In this document: piece after piece, positions 1-9,699 of the stretch | Numbering within the stretch: position 1 is the stretch's first letter | Layout: every line of letters starts with the position of its first letter | Source of the DNA: Cyanobacteriota bacterium | Lineage (GTDB): Bacteria; Cyanobacteriota; Cyanobacteriia; Thermostichales; Thermostichaceae | Direction of reading: 5' to 3' | Assembly (NCBI GenBank): GCA_033764955.1 | Contig: JANRIL010000045.1 | Location: 1-64,000 of the forward strand | DNA length: 64,000 bases | Notes under the pieces: model-generated | Database searches by the model: none | The model's input: the letters and a program-made list of their open reading frames with translations, nothing else | What the model was told of the DNA's origin: nothing | Position numbers and translations under genes: made by a program

Positions 1-142
1 TCCGACTGTTTCCTTCTAGGGGGATGGAAAGCATAGAAAAGCTGATAGAGATCGCACTATATTTGGTAGAGAAGGCATCATTCAGAAACTGGTTTACCAA
101 GTGCTGTTACTGTACTAGCTAATCGTCGAATAGGCTGTAATA

Positions 143-391
143 GTGTTCAACTCAATTCATGACCACCTTCACGCCATCGAGCAGCGGTTGGAGAGGAACA
201 TTTTCCCCTGGCTGGGATCCCGGCCACTGGACACGATCACCCCATCGGAGGTTTTGGAGGTGTTGCGGCGGATTGAGGCGCGGGGGGCTAACGAGACGGC
301 TCATTGTTGCCGGAGCATTTGTTCTCAGATTTTCCGGAACCAAACCGATTCGGGTGGAACACCTGTACCTCTACCTTTCTTGCCTGCCTAG
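143..391 (+). pseudogene. Fragment of a P4-like tyrosine integrase (core-binding domain)
   Basis: LERNIFPWLGSRPLDTITPSEVLEVLRRIEARGANETAH..RSICSQIFR resembles the central domain of P4-type phage integrases; no catalytic domain follows. Confidence 0.7.
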
Positions 392-645
392 GAGTCATGG
401 TTTATCCGCAAGGGATCCCACGTTCCATAGTTGTAGAGGCTATCCTTGCCGTCTAACCAACCCTTTTGAGCCTTTAGACACCGAAGGAGCAGGGTTACTT
501 CTGGGAACTGGCTAAGATGTGCCCTTTCTCGCAATCCAGATCTTGAGGCATTTCTCCAATTCCATAGGGGATCCCAACGTTTCAATCATGCAGTGAACTT
601 TTGACCCCACACCCCCCTTGTTTAGGACATGAGTTCAGATAGAGT

Positions 646-934
646 TCAGTGGGCAGAAACAGAAACCTCTCGGTAAAGGAACAACAGAGAACTGAGAGCC
701 TGATTTTGGGTGGGAGCGGACACTTTCTCCTCTATGGCCAAGTGGGTTAAGAAAGCATTCATCTCCTCAATGCCTATCTCCTTAGAATGTCGCTTATGGT
801 GAAATAGAATATATCGACAGAACCATAGGAAATGAAGACTTCTCGGCTTGCTAGGAGTAGTGTTTGAGCCAGAGGGCATCACTGACCTGCTCAAGGAGCT
901 TTTTAGGTCTAGGGGTAGGAGCGTTATCGTTCAT
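646..934 (-). pseudogene. intI: Integron integrase (IntI) N-terminal remnant with internal stop and frameshift
   Basis: Minus strand from ATG 934 reads MNDNAPTPRPKKLLEQVSDALWLKHYS*QAEKS, then frameshifts into RYILFHHKRH..EMNAFLTHLAIEEKVSAPTQNQALSSLLFLYREV, the characteristic IntI N-terminal SAM-like domain; the catalytic domain is missing. Confidence 0.85.
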
Positions 935-1080
935 TAAGCTAGATAAAAACCTTTCATAGGGGATTATCGTGCAAAATGCCGGTTATCTCAGATGCTCCGA
1001 GACGATATCCCAGTGATTGATGGGTAAAGTCCTCTCTTGGATAAATATCTGCCATTCTGTCGTAGAAGCACATGTTAGAT
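935..1080 (+). promoter_or_regulatory. Integron platform 1: intI promoter region and putative attI (crossover G1074/TTAGAT)
   Basis: Lies between the divergent intI and the first cassette; ends in CATGTTAGAT (GTTRRRY); homologous to 18835-18980. Confidence 0.7.
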
Positions 1081-1900
1081 GACGCAGGAGAAAGGTGCTG
1101 TGATGAAGGGTCGATGCGTCATATGCGATGAGGTCGGGCTGCTCACGCGCGATCACGTGCCACCAAAGGGTGTCGTGCCGCCTGAACCCTTCGAGTTGCG
1201 GCGGATCACTGACTTGTTGGCTGTAGACGTCGTGCCAGATACGAAGCCTCGAGGGGGCTTCCAAGCGCCCGAGTTTCCTTCGCTCTGTGCGCAGTGCAAC
1301 CAAGTTAGGCTCGGAAGTCAGTACGACCCTGAGCTAGTTCGGTTCGCTGCGAAATGCCGAGCATGGGTGCGGGCCGCGCTGGACTTGAGCCTGCGATTTC
1401 CAACGGGCATCGTTGCCGACATACAGGTCGGATGCGTAGCGCGTGCAGTGGTCGGACACTTGCTAGCGGCGGAGGAGCGATCGAACCCGCATGAGCGGCC
1501 ACCTCGCGGTACCCTCCAAGAACTCATGCGTCACGCGTTCCTAAATCCAGGAACCCCGTGGCCCCCGGAACTGAGGGTCTATTGCTGGCCTTACAGCAGC
1601 GCCGAGTTTACAATCGTTCGTGGCTTCGGGATTGCGAGAGTCCTTGGCGCAACGCATGGGCCGATCGTCGGCGATGTGCTCAAGTTCTTCCCGCTCGCAT
1701 TCTGGGTGACGCAGGAAGACACGGACGTCACCGGCTATCGGCTCGTCGATCTTGCGCGCAGTATCCAGGAAGACATAGGTGCCAGATTGAGAGTGGAGTT
1801 GCCGCTGCTGGGAATACCGTCTCCTCTTTGGCCGGAGCGCCCCCGGAATCAAGAGGTGATACTCATGCGGAAAGAGAGTTCCTATGTGGCGAAGCGCTGA
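1079..1900 (+). CDS. Integron cassette protein, HNH-like zinc-binding nuclease family
   Basis: CVIC..TRDHVPPKG..LCAQCN motif; ORF begins 4 nt into the cassette; GC-rich and CG-rich, unlike host genes. Confidence 0.65.
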   Translation: MTQEKGAVMKGRCVICDEVGLLTRDHVPPKGVVPPEPFELRRITDLLAVDVVPDTKPRGGFQAPEFPSLCAQCNQVRLGSQYDPELVRFAAKCRAWVRAALDLSLRFPTGIVADIQVGCVARAVVGHLLAAEERSNPHERPPRGTLQELMRHAFLNPGTPWPPELRVYCWPYSSAEFTIVRGFGIARVLGATHGPIVGDVLKFFPLAFWVTQEDTDVTGYRLVDLARSIQEDIGARLRVELPLLGIPSPLWPERPRNQEVILMRKESSYVAKR

Positions 1901-1915
1901 CGATGGCGTGGCGTC

Positions 1916-2008
1916 CTCTAACAGATTGTTGGAGCAGTTGGCCGAACTCTGGAAGCGGCTTCGCCGCGTCGTTTGCAACTCGGCCGCAGCTCAACAATGA
2001 CGTTACCG
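1916..2008 (+). repeat. attC site of the HNH cassette
   Basis: R'' CTCTAAC (1916-1922) is complementary to the cassette start GTTAGA; imperfect palindrome ATTGTTGGAGCAGTTGGCCGA...TCGGCCGCAGCTCAACAAT; R' GTTACCG at 2002. Confidence 0.85.
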
Positions 2009-2191
2009 ATACTGAATCACAGACCCTACCTAGTGCTTGAGAGAGAGTTGAGGGAGGAAGTCTGGGGTTGAGGAGAGGCAAGGGTTAAGGGAGCGTTATT
2101 CTGGGAGAGGAGAGATGCCATCAGGGATCCCTCTGGGGTATGCCTCGTCCAAAAATGTCTACCTATTTTTCGCCTGGGTTAGCCAACTGCC

Positions 2192-3652
2192 ATGTTTGAT
2201 GCTCTCTCTGAACGCCTGGAATCTGCCTGGAAAAAGCTGCGCGGTCAAGACAAGATTACCGAAACCAATATTCAAGAGGCACTGCGGGAGGTGCGGCGAG
2301 CCTTACTGGAGGCGGATGTCAATCTGCAAGTGGTCAAGCAGTTTGTTGAGGAGGTGCGGCAGACGGCTCTGGGAGCCAATGTGATCATGGGGGTTTCTCC
2401 CGATCAGCAGTTTGTCAAAATCGTGCATGACGAATTGGTCAAGCTGATGGGGGAGGCCAATGTGCCGATTGCCGAGGCCACCCTGGCTCCAACGATCATT
2501 TTGATGGCGGGGTTACAGGGCAGTGGCAAAACCACCACCTGTGCCAAACTGGCTCTCTATCTCCGCAAACAAGGGAAAAAGACCCTCTTGGTGGCCGGAG
2601 ATATCTATCGACCCGCCGCCATTGATCAGCTCAAAACACTGGGCAAGCAGATTGATATTCCGGTGTTTGATTTGGGCAAAACCGATCCGGTCGAGATTGC
2701 TCGCCAGGGGGTGGCGGCGGCGCAGGCGGGAGGACAGGACTATGTGATTGTTGATACAGCCGGTCGTCTGCAAATCGATCGGGAGATGATGGCGGAGCTG
2801 GAGCGGATCAAAGCGACTGTGCAGCCCCATGAGATTTTGTTGGTGGTGGACTCGATGATTGGGCAGGAAGCCGCCAGCCTAACCCAAGCCTTTCATGAGC
2901 GACTGGGGATCACCGGGGCGGTTTTAACCAAGTTGGATGGGGATACGCGGGGGGGAGCAGCCCTCTCGATTCGGCAGGTGTCGGGTCAGCCCATCAAGTT
3001 TATTGGGGTGGGGGAAAAGGTAGAGGCTCTGGATCCCTTCTATCCCGACCGGATGGCCTCCCGCATTCTGGGGATGGGAGATATCCTCAGCCTCGTGGAA
3101 AAAGCCCAGGAGGAAATCGATCTGTCGGATGCCGCCGCCATGACAGAAAAGTTGATGTCGGCTCAGTTCGACTTTACGGACTTTCTTAAGCAGATGCGCC
3201 TGATCAAACGGATGGGATCCCTATCCGGTTTGATGAAATTGATGCCGGGGATGGGCAAAATCACCGATGAACAACTGCAAAAAGGACAGGATCAACTGGC
3301 GCGCTCAGAAGCGATGATCAACTCCATGACCCCCGAAGAACGGCGCAACCCCGATCTACTGGCTCGCAGTGTCAGTCGCAAGCGGCGGGTGGCGGCGGGA
3401 TCCGGTCATAAGTTAGAAGACATCAGCAAACTGGTCAATGATTTTCAACGGATGCGGGACATGATGCGGAACATGGGGCAGGGAGGGTTTCCCGGTATGG
3501 GGGGCTTTCCGGGTATGGGAGGAGGCGGGCGAGGAATGCCAGCAGCAACAGGGGGATCCCGATGGAGAGGTCAGTCGGCGGCTCCCCCCAAACCCTCGGC
3601 CAACAAAAAACCCAAAAACAATAAAAAAGGTAACAAAGGATTTGGTAAGTAG
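2192..3652 (+). CDS. ffh: Signal recognition particle protein Ffh
   Basis: MFDALSERL.., GLQGSGKTTT, DTAGRLQID, TKLDGDTRGGAALS, Met-rich M domain. Confidence 0.98.
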   Translation: MFDALSERLESAWKKLRGQDKITETNIQEALREVRRALLEADVNLQVVKQFVEEVRQTALGANVIMGVSPDQQFVKIVHDELVKLMGEANVPIAEATLAPTIILMAGLQGSGKTTTCAKLALYLRKQGKKTLLVAGDIYRPAAIDQLKTLGKQIDIPVFDLGKTDPVEIARQGVAAAQAGGQDYVIVDTAGRLQIDREMMAELERIKATVQPHEILLVVDSMIGQEAASLTQAFHERLGITGAVLTKLDGDTRGGAALSIRQVSGQPIKFIGVGEKVEALDPFYPDRMASRILGMGDILSLVEKAQEEIDLSDAAAMTEKLMSAQFDFTDFLKQMRLIKRMGSLSGLMKLMPGMGKITDEQLQKGQDQLARSEAMINSMTPEERRNPDLLARSVSRKRRVAAGSGHKLEDISKLVNDFQRMRDMMRNMGQGGFPGMGGFPGMGGGGRGMPAATGGSRWRGQSAAPPKPSANKKPKNNKKGNKGFGK

Positions 3653-3729
3653 CCAATGGTTACCTGTGCTGATTTCCTAAAATGGGTGCAAACCCTATCC
3701 AACGCTTAGCGTAAGACAGTTCCAATAGT

Positions 3730-4288
3730 TCCGTCTCCATCTAAATACATTATTCTGGAGGAGTTTTTGAAGCTGCCGGAAACTAAATCTGCCAGCGAAT
3801 ATATTGATAGGCAGATCATCCAGAAACTAATGCCACAGGGAAGGCACAGCACCATTCAAACGGAGTTTTCTACTAGCATTAATATGGTTCTTAAGCCTTA
3901 ACAAATTGCCCGATCCTTTTCAGAGCTACGTTGTACGTTTGCTGGATCCTCGACAGTTCCGGATGTATCTGTGTTTACTTGGCAGCGAATTCCCCGTGAC
4001 CAAAACGGTGAGGTTGCCAATACCTTTTCCATCCCTCCTGACTGGACTATTGAAATCCTCTCACCTGAGCAAAGCCAAACTAAAGCAACCAAAAATATTC
4101 TGGATTGTCTTAATCATGGAACTCAAATGGGTTGGTTAATTGACCCTGATGAGCAAACGGTTTTTGTCTATCTGCCAAAGCAGCAGCCAGCAGTGTTTGA
4201 CCAGTTGGCTCAAGCCCTTCCCGTCCCTTCCTTTGCCAATCGGTTAAATTTGAGTGTGGGTTTGGTCTTTGACTGGTTGGTGGACTAA
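3730..4288 (+). pseudogene. Uma2-family (DUF820) endonuclease, interrupted by an in-frame stop near 3899
   Basis: LEEFLKLPETKSASEYID..MPQGRHSTIQ..*QIARSFSELRCTF..PDVSVF..PPDWTIEILSPEQS..GWLIDP. Confidence 0.8.
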
Positions 4289-4448
4289 AGCAGGACACAC
4301 CGTTAGTTGTCCTTGCTAACCTTCCAGTCATAGGCAAGGGTATCTGCCGCCCCACAACTTCCTAGTTGGGGATCCCCTCGATCGACTTGCCTGGGGAGGA
4401 GGGATCCGCGAAGGGATATAGTTGAGGTGGTCTACGAGGAAGAAGATT

Positions 4449-4907
4449 ATGGTGCTTGGCGGAACCTATGACCTGACTGACTTAGAAACCACTCTGGCTG
4501 AGTCGTCTCGCTATTCTGGCATGATCGCCAATGTTGTCTCTAGCCTGATGGAGGACGTCGCCTACGAGAATCGAGAAGTCGGGCATACCTGGAAGTTTCG
4601 CTATGGCAGTGTGGAAGTGTTTGTTCACCTGAGCGGAGAATCTCCCGACGACACCCTGACGGTTTGGTCCCCCGTCCTCAAGTTTCCGGTTAAAGACGAG
4701 GCCAAGTTGTTCAGGCTGCTTCTGGAAAAAAACTGGAGCGATTCCCTGGAAGCCCGCTTTTGCATTTGGCAGGAGGAAGTGGTGGTCAACTATTTCCGCG
4801 CTCTTGATGGTATCAGTCCTGCCGAGATCTCGCGGGGTATTACGATTGTGGCCAGTCTAGCGGATGAGTATGACGAGTCTCTGCAACAGGAGTTTACCCA
4901 TAACTAG
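4449..4907 (+). CDS. YbjN-domain (T3SS chaperone-like) protein
   Basis: WKFRYGSVEVFVHLSGE..LLEKNW..EARF..EISRGITIVASLADEYD, typical cyanobacterial YbjN family. Confidence 0.75.
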   Translation: MVLGGTYDLTDLETTLAESSRYSGMIANVVSSLMEDVAYENREVGHTWKFRYGSVEVFVHLSGESPDDTLTVWSPVLKFPVKDEAKLFRLLLEKNWSDSLEARFCIWQEEVVVNYFRALDGISPAEISRGITIVASLADEYDESLQQEFTHN

Positions 4908-5673
4908 CACCTCACTGGGACGCTGGATCCCTTGGTGGGTGGCGAGTGGGCAGCAACAAATGCAGATTGACCGCTGGTTATTGACGGATGCCATAGAACA
5001 GGGATCCCCTCAACCCATTTTGCGATTTTATGGCTGGCAGCGAGCCACGCTCTCCTGGGGTTGTCATCAGCAGCGGGTGGAGGTGGATGGGGATCCCCTG
5101 GTTGGTTGCATTGATCAGGTGCGGCGTCCGACGGGGGGACGGGCGGTTTTTCATCAATCTTATCGGGATGAGGCCGAACTCACTTACTGTCTGGTCATGC
5201 CCTATCGAGGAACGGCCAATCGGCGGCAAGCCTATCGGGAGCTTTGTCAGTTTTTGCGCCTTGGTCTAGCAAGCTGGGGAATTGTTTTGGATGAGGGGAG
5301 TGGGATCCCTGACCACGCGGTGCACTATTCTCAAAAAACCAGTTGTTTTGCCAGCCAGACGGCGGCTGATCTGAGTTGGCGGGGGCAGAAAGTGATTGGT
5401 AGTGCCCAACTCTGGCAGCGGGGGTATGTTTTGCAGCATGGCAGTATGATCTTGCAGCCCAATCGCCCACTCTGGGAAAAGGTGCTGCCGGGATCTAGTC
5501 AGCAGGTGATCGGACTCGCCGAGATTGTGGGACAGCCGATTGATCGCGCCGCCCTGATGGAGAGCTTGCTCAAGGCCGCCAGCCAGTATTTTGGCTGTGG
5601 GTGGCAGGCACAACCCCTAACTCCCCAGGAATATGAGGCAAGCGGCAGGGATCCCCTCTGGGTCAGCCCCTAG
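4864..5673 (+). CDS. Lipoate-protein ligase A family protein
   Basis: LRFYGW, VRRPTGGRAVFH, KVIGSAQ, LQHGS motifs; start uncertain. Confidence 0.88.
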   Translation: MSMTSLCNRSLPITSTSLGRWIPWWVASGQQQMQIDRWLLTDAIEQGSPQPILRFYGWQRATLSWGCHQQRVEVDGDPLVGCIDQVRRPTGGRAVFHQSYRDEAELTYCLVMPYRGTANRRQAYRELCQFLRLGLASWGIVLDEGSGIPDHAVHYSQKTSCFASQTAADLSWRGQKVIGSAQLWQRGYVLQHGSMILQPNRPLWEKVLPGSSQQVIGLAEIVGQPIDRAALMESLLKAASQYFGCGWQAQPLTPQEYEASGRDPLWVSP

Positions 5674-7394
5674 GGTTGACAGCGTTGCCGTTCTTGGGCA
5701 ATCTGGGGTTCGATCCAGGAATAGGCAAAATGGCTGACACAGGTAAGGCGGGGAAATTGTTGCTGAAGGGTTTGCATCTGCACCTCCAGCATGGGGCGTT
5801 GGCGCAGGCTTTGTCCCCATAATCCGGCTAAAGCTGGACAAATCAAGGTTTCCGCTGGAGCGGCTTCGATCACTCGTTGCACCTGCTGAGCTACGCAGGA
5901 GGCATCTTCGCACTTGGCATAAGCCATCACATGCCATTCCAGTTGGGCATCAAATTGATCCCAGGGTTGCAGGCGGGAGTCATAGCCCGATTGAACGCTA
6001 GCATTAGCATCAGGGAAAAACACCGCCCCCGCCGGGATCCCTTGGGTTTGAGCGGGTGAGGTAGCCGCCCGCAAAAAGTCGAGAATGCCAAATCGGGCAA
6101 AATCCACGGCGAGCTGCCAGAGTTGAGGCTGCCAGGTTGCTTGCCGCACCTCTGCACTGGGGGTAGGGCTGGGACTGGGGCTAGCCGAAGGAGTCGGCGC
6201 AGGAGAGGCCTCCCGAACGAGTTCCCTTTGCACAGGGCTAACCACTCGCTCCTCAGGGGAGGAATCCAGGGGTTCCTCGCCGGAAGCATTGCCCAAAGCC
6301 CACCCGCGATCCCCCACCAGTTCATCCTCTGGAGAGGGGCTGGGGTTAGATGAAGCTCCACTCAAACCAGAATCGGCAGGACGCCAAGCCACTGTCTGAT
6401 CGGGAAACTGTTGATCCAAAGTCAAGACATCTTGGGTGGTAATGTAGCCCTGTTGGCGATAGCGATCTAGCAGGGCTTGACTGGCGGGATTGGATCCCAG
6501 GTTGCGAAAGGCTTGAGCCGCTGCTTCCCCATGAATCCACAAATCCTTGACGTTGCTGGCTACCGAAGCGGATCCCGAACTGCGGGGATAGCGAATGTAG
6601 TCGAACAAAATGCCATCCGGTCGGCGAGCTAAGACCTGCTCCACGAGGCGGGCATAATCCTGGCGAGCTTGGGGATGAAAGGGATCCACAAACACCTGAT
6701 CGGGACCGGCCTGCTGCTCCAGTTGTTCTAGAGAAGCGGTGGCGGGATCCAAAATGGTCGTGTTACCACTGCCGTTGCGGGCTAGTGCTGCCTGACGGTC
6801 GGGTCTTTCTCCATAGCTATAGCCAAAGTTGAGGGAAAATAACCAGGCATAGGCAGATAATCCCCGTCGCCGCGCCAGGGTGAGGGCTTGATCCAAAAGA
6901 TCCACCGATGGCAGGATGCTCGGCCAGGGATCCCCCTGCGGCAAAATCACTCGTCCATCATAAAAAGTCTCGATGAAGACGCGGTTATAGCCCAAATTAA
7001 CAATTCGATCCAAGACCTTTTCCAGAGCACCTGGGTTGGCATCACAGGCATAAAGTCGCAACCAAATGGCTTGAATAGGTGGCCAGCGCCGTTGCCGACA
7101 CTCGCTCAGGGCGCGGCGATGTTCTGCCACCATCTGAGTGTAAGCTGCCCAGGCAGCATCCGATCCTCCTGCCTGTTGGCGCAGTTGTTCCTTGCGGGCA
7201 ATCGCCTCTGCCGACTGCTGACAATAACTATTCAATGGGGAATGGTCGAATGCTGCCGGAACTTGACTACCGAACCGTTGCGCTGAGCTGGGGATGCTGA
7301 GTAGGGCAAATAGGAGCGCGATCCCCAGCCCTATCCACCCGCGATAGCGATATATTGATAGCTTACGGATCAAAGCCAACACCTCATCCATCAA
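5670..7394 (-). CDS. Secreted glycoside hydrolase-like (GHL10/DUF187-type) protein
   Basis: N-terminal hydrophobic signal; LDRIVNLGYNRVFIETFYDG, AYAWLFSLNFG, PDGILFDYIRYP. Confidence 0.75.
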   Translation of the reverse strand: MMDEVLALIRKLSIYRYRGWIGLGIALLFALLSIPSSAQRFGSQVPAAFDHSPLNSYCQQSAEAIARKEQLRQQAGGSDAAWAAYTQMVAEHRRALSECRQRRWPPIQAIWLRLYACDANPGALEKVLDRIVNLGYNRVFIETFYDGRVILPQGDPWPSILPSVDLLDQALTLARRRGLSAYAWLFSLNFGYSYGERPDRQAALARNGSGNTTILDPATASLEQLEQQAGPDQVFVDPFHPQARQDYARLVEQVLARRPDGILFDYIRYPRSSGSASVASNVKDLWIHGEAAAQAFRNLGSNPASQALLDRYRQQGYITTQDVLTLDQQFPDQTVAWRPADSGLSGASSNPSPSPEDELVGDRGWALGNASGEEPLDSSPEERVVSPVQRELVREASPAPTPSASPSPSPTPSAEVRQATWQPQLWQLAVDFARFGILDFLRAATSPAQTQGIPAGAVFFPDANASVQSGYDSRLQPWDQFDAQLEWHVMAYAKCEDASCVAQQVQRVIEAAPAETLICPALAGLWGQSLRQRPMLEVQMQTLQQQFPRLTCVSHFAYSWIEPQIAQERQRCQP

Positions 7395-7400
7395 AACGGG

Positions 7401-8249
7401 TTACTGGGGAGAGGAACTGGGGGCTGGGCTAGCCGTCGGAGAAGCATTGGGATTAGCGATACGGATGTTGCCCTGAGAATAAAACGTCGCCAGCCGTTCC
7501 ACATCGGGACGCTGTTGGGGGGGAGCTAAGCGAACCGCTCGGTCAAACAACGCCTTAGCCTCCTGCCGCGTTGCCTCCTCAGAAGCGGTAGACAATAAGG
7601 TCATGGCTTTGCCCAAAAGTGGCGAAAAATCTGAGGGATCCCGTTCGATCAGTTGATCGTAGAGAACAATTGCCTGGGTGGTGTTGCCCGAACGGGCATA
7701 GACTTCCGCCAACTGCATCTGTAGGGAGGGATCCCCAGGGATGACCTCCAGTTGCTTTTCCAGAAGGGCAATGGCTTGCTGAGCATTTCCGGTCTCCACC
7801 TCCGCTCGCACCAGTTCCCGCAACACGCCACTATCATCGGGGAAGCGTTCGTGCAATTGTCGCAATTGGCTCAATCCCTTATCCCGCTCTCCCGTTTGCA
7901 GGAGCAGGCTGCCCAACAACATGCCATAGCTGGGATCCTCCGGTTGCAGCTTGGTCAACTGGGTGAGGGGAGCAATCGCCTCCTGCTGTTGTCCCAGCCG
8001 TAGCTGCAACTCCACTAATCCCCGCAGAGCCGTCAGGTTTTCTGGTTCCCGCTGCAACACCTCCTGATATCCCTCCACTTCCGCCTGAAGTTGTTCCGTG
8101 GGGAGTTGGCTGGGATTGACCTGAGGGGGGTTAAAAATTTGCAGGATGGGTAAGAGAGAAAAACTGATCAGAATCAGTGGGGCGACAATCGCTAGAGAGA
8201 GTTTGGCAAATCGTTGCATGAAGGGTTGAGAAGAGTTGGAAGCGGCCAC
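7401..8249 (-). CDS. Membrane-anchored TPR-repeat protein
   Basis: N-terminal TM helix and repeated TPR-like units (LQREPENLTAL, LQPEDP, YDQLIERDPSDF). Confidence 0.85.
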   Translation of the reverse strand: MAASNSSQPFMQRFAKLSLAIVAPLILISFSLLPILQIFNPPQVNPSQLPTEQLQAEVEGYQEVLQREPENLTALRGLVELQLRLGQQQEAIAPLTQLTKLQPEDPSYGMLLGSLLLQTGERDKGLSQLRQLHERFPDDSGVLRELVRAEVETGNAQQAIALLEKQLEVIPGDPSLQMQLAEVYARSGNTTQAIVLYDQLIERDPSDFSPLLGKAMTLLSTASEEATRQEAKALFDRAVRLAPPQQRPDVERLATFYSQGNIRIANPNASPTASPAPSSSPQ

Positions 8250-8428
8250 AACACACCTGAGAGGAGGTAAAACCTAACTGTTGTAATTTAGCATTCCTGA
8301 GCAGCCCACAACCTGACCCTCCTCCCCACCAAGAAGCTGTCGGGATTTTCATTGCCGATGTGGGGCTACCCAATATAAGGCAAAATATCAATGGTTTACC
8401 CTCCTTTCACCCACGTTTGTTATCAGTC

Positions 8429-8722
8429 ATGTCATCCGCCGCCTTCACCCCTGAGATTAGTGATCGGATTTGTCAACACATGAACCGTGACCATGCCGAG
8501 GCGGTTCTCCTCTATGCCCGTACCTATGGTCAGTTACCGGAAGCCCATACCGCGACAATGCAGGCTATCGATGCCGAAGGGATGGATCTAATGGCTGAGG
8601 TGGCGGGATCCCATCTGCCCTTACGCATCCTCTTTGACCATGTTCTGGTGGATGCGGAAGATGCCCACCACACCCTGATTGCTATGCTGAAACAAGCTCG
8701 CCAGGGATCCCTTCAGTCATGA
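8429..8722 (+). CDS. DUF2470 (heme-utilisation HugZ N-like) protein
   Basis: RICQHMNRDHAEAVLLYA..MQAIDAEGMDL..AHHTLIAM. Confidence 0.85.
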   Translation: MSSAAFTPEISDRICQHMNRDHAEAVLLYARTYGQLPEAHTATMQAIDAEGMDLMAEVAGSHLPLRILFDHVLVDAEDAHHTLIAMLKQARQGSLQS

Positions 8723-9084
8723 CTAGTGACAACGAAGCTCTCAATCATCGCTTTAGCCAAATGGCTGAGGCGATTGCCCGTCTGGCGGAATCCACCCGCA
8801 CCAGCCAAGAGGTTCTCCTACAACGATAGGATCGCTTTGAAGAGGGGATAATCCGGCGGCAAGAACGCCTAGATCAGGCTCAACTGGGTATTGTTGCTCA
8901 ACTGGGTATCACCATCCAAACGATGGGAGAAGGCTTTGATCGGCAAGGAGAGCAAATCCAGCAGCAGGGAGAGCAAATCCGGCGGCAGGGAGAGCAAATC
9001 CAGCATTTAGCCGAAACCACAGAGCGCTTAGAAGTGCTGATTGAAAACATGCTGCGCCGCGATCAAAATGGATCTCAACCCTAA
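8719..9084 (+). pseudogene. Coiled-coil small protein with an in-frame TAG at 8827; paralog of 43544-43837
   Basis: MTSDNEALNHRFSQMAEAIARLAES..QR*DRF..QAQLGIVAQLGI..(QGEQI)x3..NGSQP; 21-nt tandem repeat at 8941-9003. Confidence 0.6.
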
Positions 9085-9122
9085 GATCCCAGTCTTAGGC
9101 AGAGAGGCTGCTGCCCCCCTTC

Positions 9123-9608
9123 TCACCGCGCTAGCACCAGATCCGACTCCCAAAACCCTAGACATTCTCCCTGATCGATCACGGTCAAAAAATGCCGACA
9201 GGCTTGCAGCGTCAGTTGCATCCAAAAATCCTTCAAAAGTGATTGCGCCACAATGACCGGATAGAGTCCTTCTCCCACCACCACCCGCAAAAAACAGTCC
9301 TCCTCAGCCAAATCTTCAAATTGCACCAGACCGCCATAGCCTGCCGTATGAATCTGCATGGCAAGTCGCCGACTCAGTTCCGGAAAATCGGCGCATAACT
9401 GGATGCCCTGCTGAGGTGCCCTACCGACTAACTCGCTGGAGCGCTGACAACAGCTACGCAGCTTGAGGGCTTCTGCCTCCGAAAAATAAATGATCTCCCC
9501 CCAGAGCGGGATCCCTTTTTCCCATCGCTGCAAAGCAGGCAATTGCAGGGATCCCTGTTGCTGTTGCTGGCGCAGACTGGCTTGTAACAGTTGGCTGGCG
9601 GTTGGCAT
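9123..9608 (-). CDS. Hypothetical protein downstream of infB
   Basis: 161-aa ORF, co-oriented with infB, host-like composition with GGGATCCC. Confidence 0.55.
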   Translation of the reverse strand: MPTASQLLQASLRQQQQQGSLQLPALQRWEKGIPLWGEIIYFSEAEALKLRSCCQRSSELVGRAPQQGIQLCADFPELSRRLAMQIHTAGYGGLVQFEDLAEEDCFLRVVVGEGLYPVIVAQSLLKDFWMQLTLQACRHFLTVIDQGECLGFWESDLVLAR

Positions 9609-9699
9609 AGCGGTTAGTAGTAGTTGCTGCCCAACCCAGGGAAAGTGGACGAACCCCCTACTGGGATCCCCTTACCTGGGTTGAGGTTTGGAAGTGGTC

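Noticed and set aside
848..862. 15-nt identity CTTGCTAGGAGTAGT shared with the IS605 remnant near 13894
   Set aside because: At 848 it is explained by intI codons (HYS*Q); too short to infer a shared element or guide-target relationship
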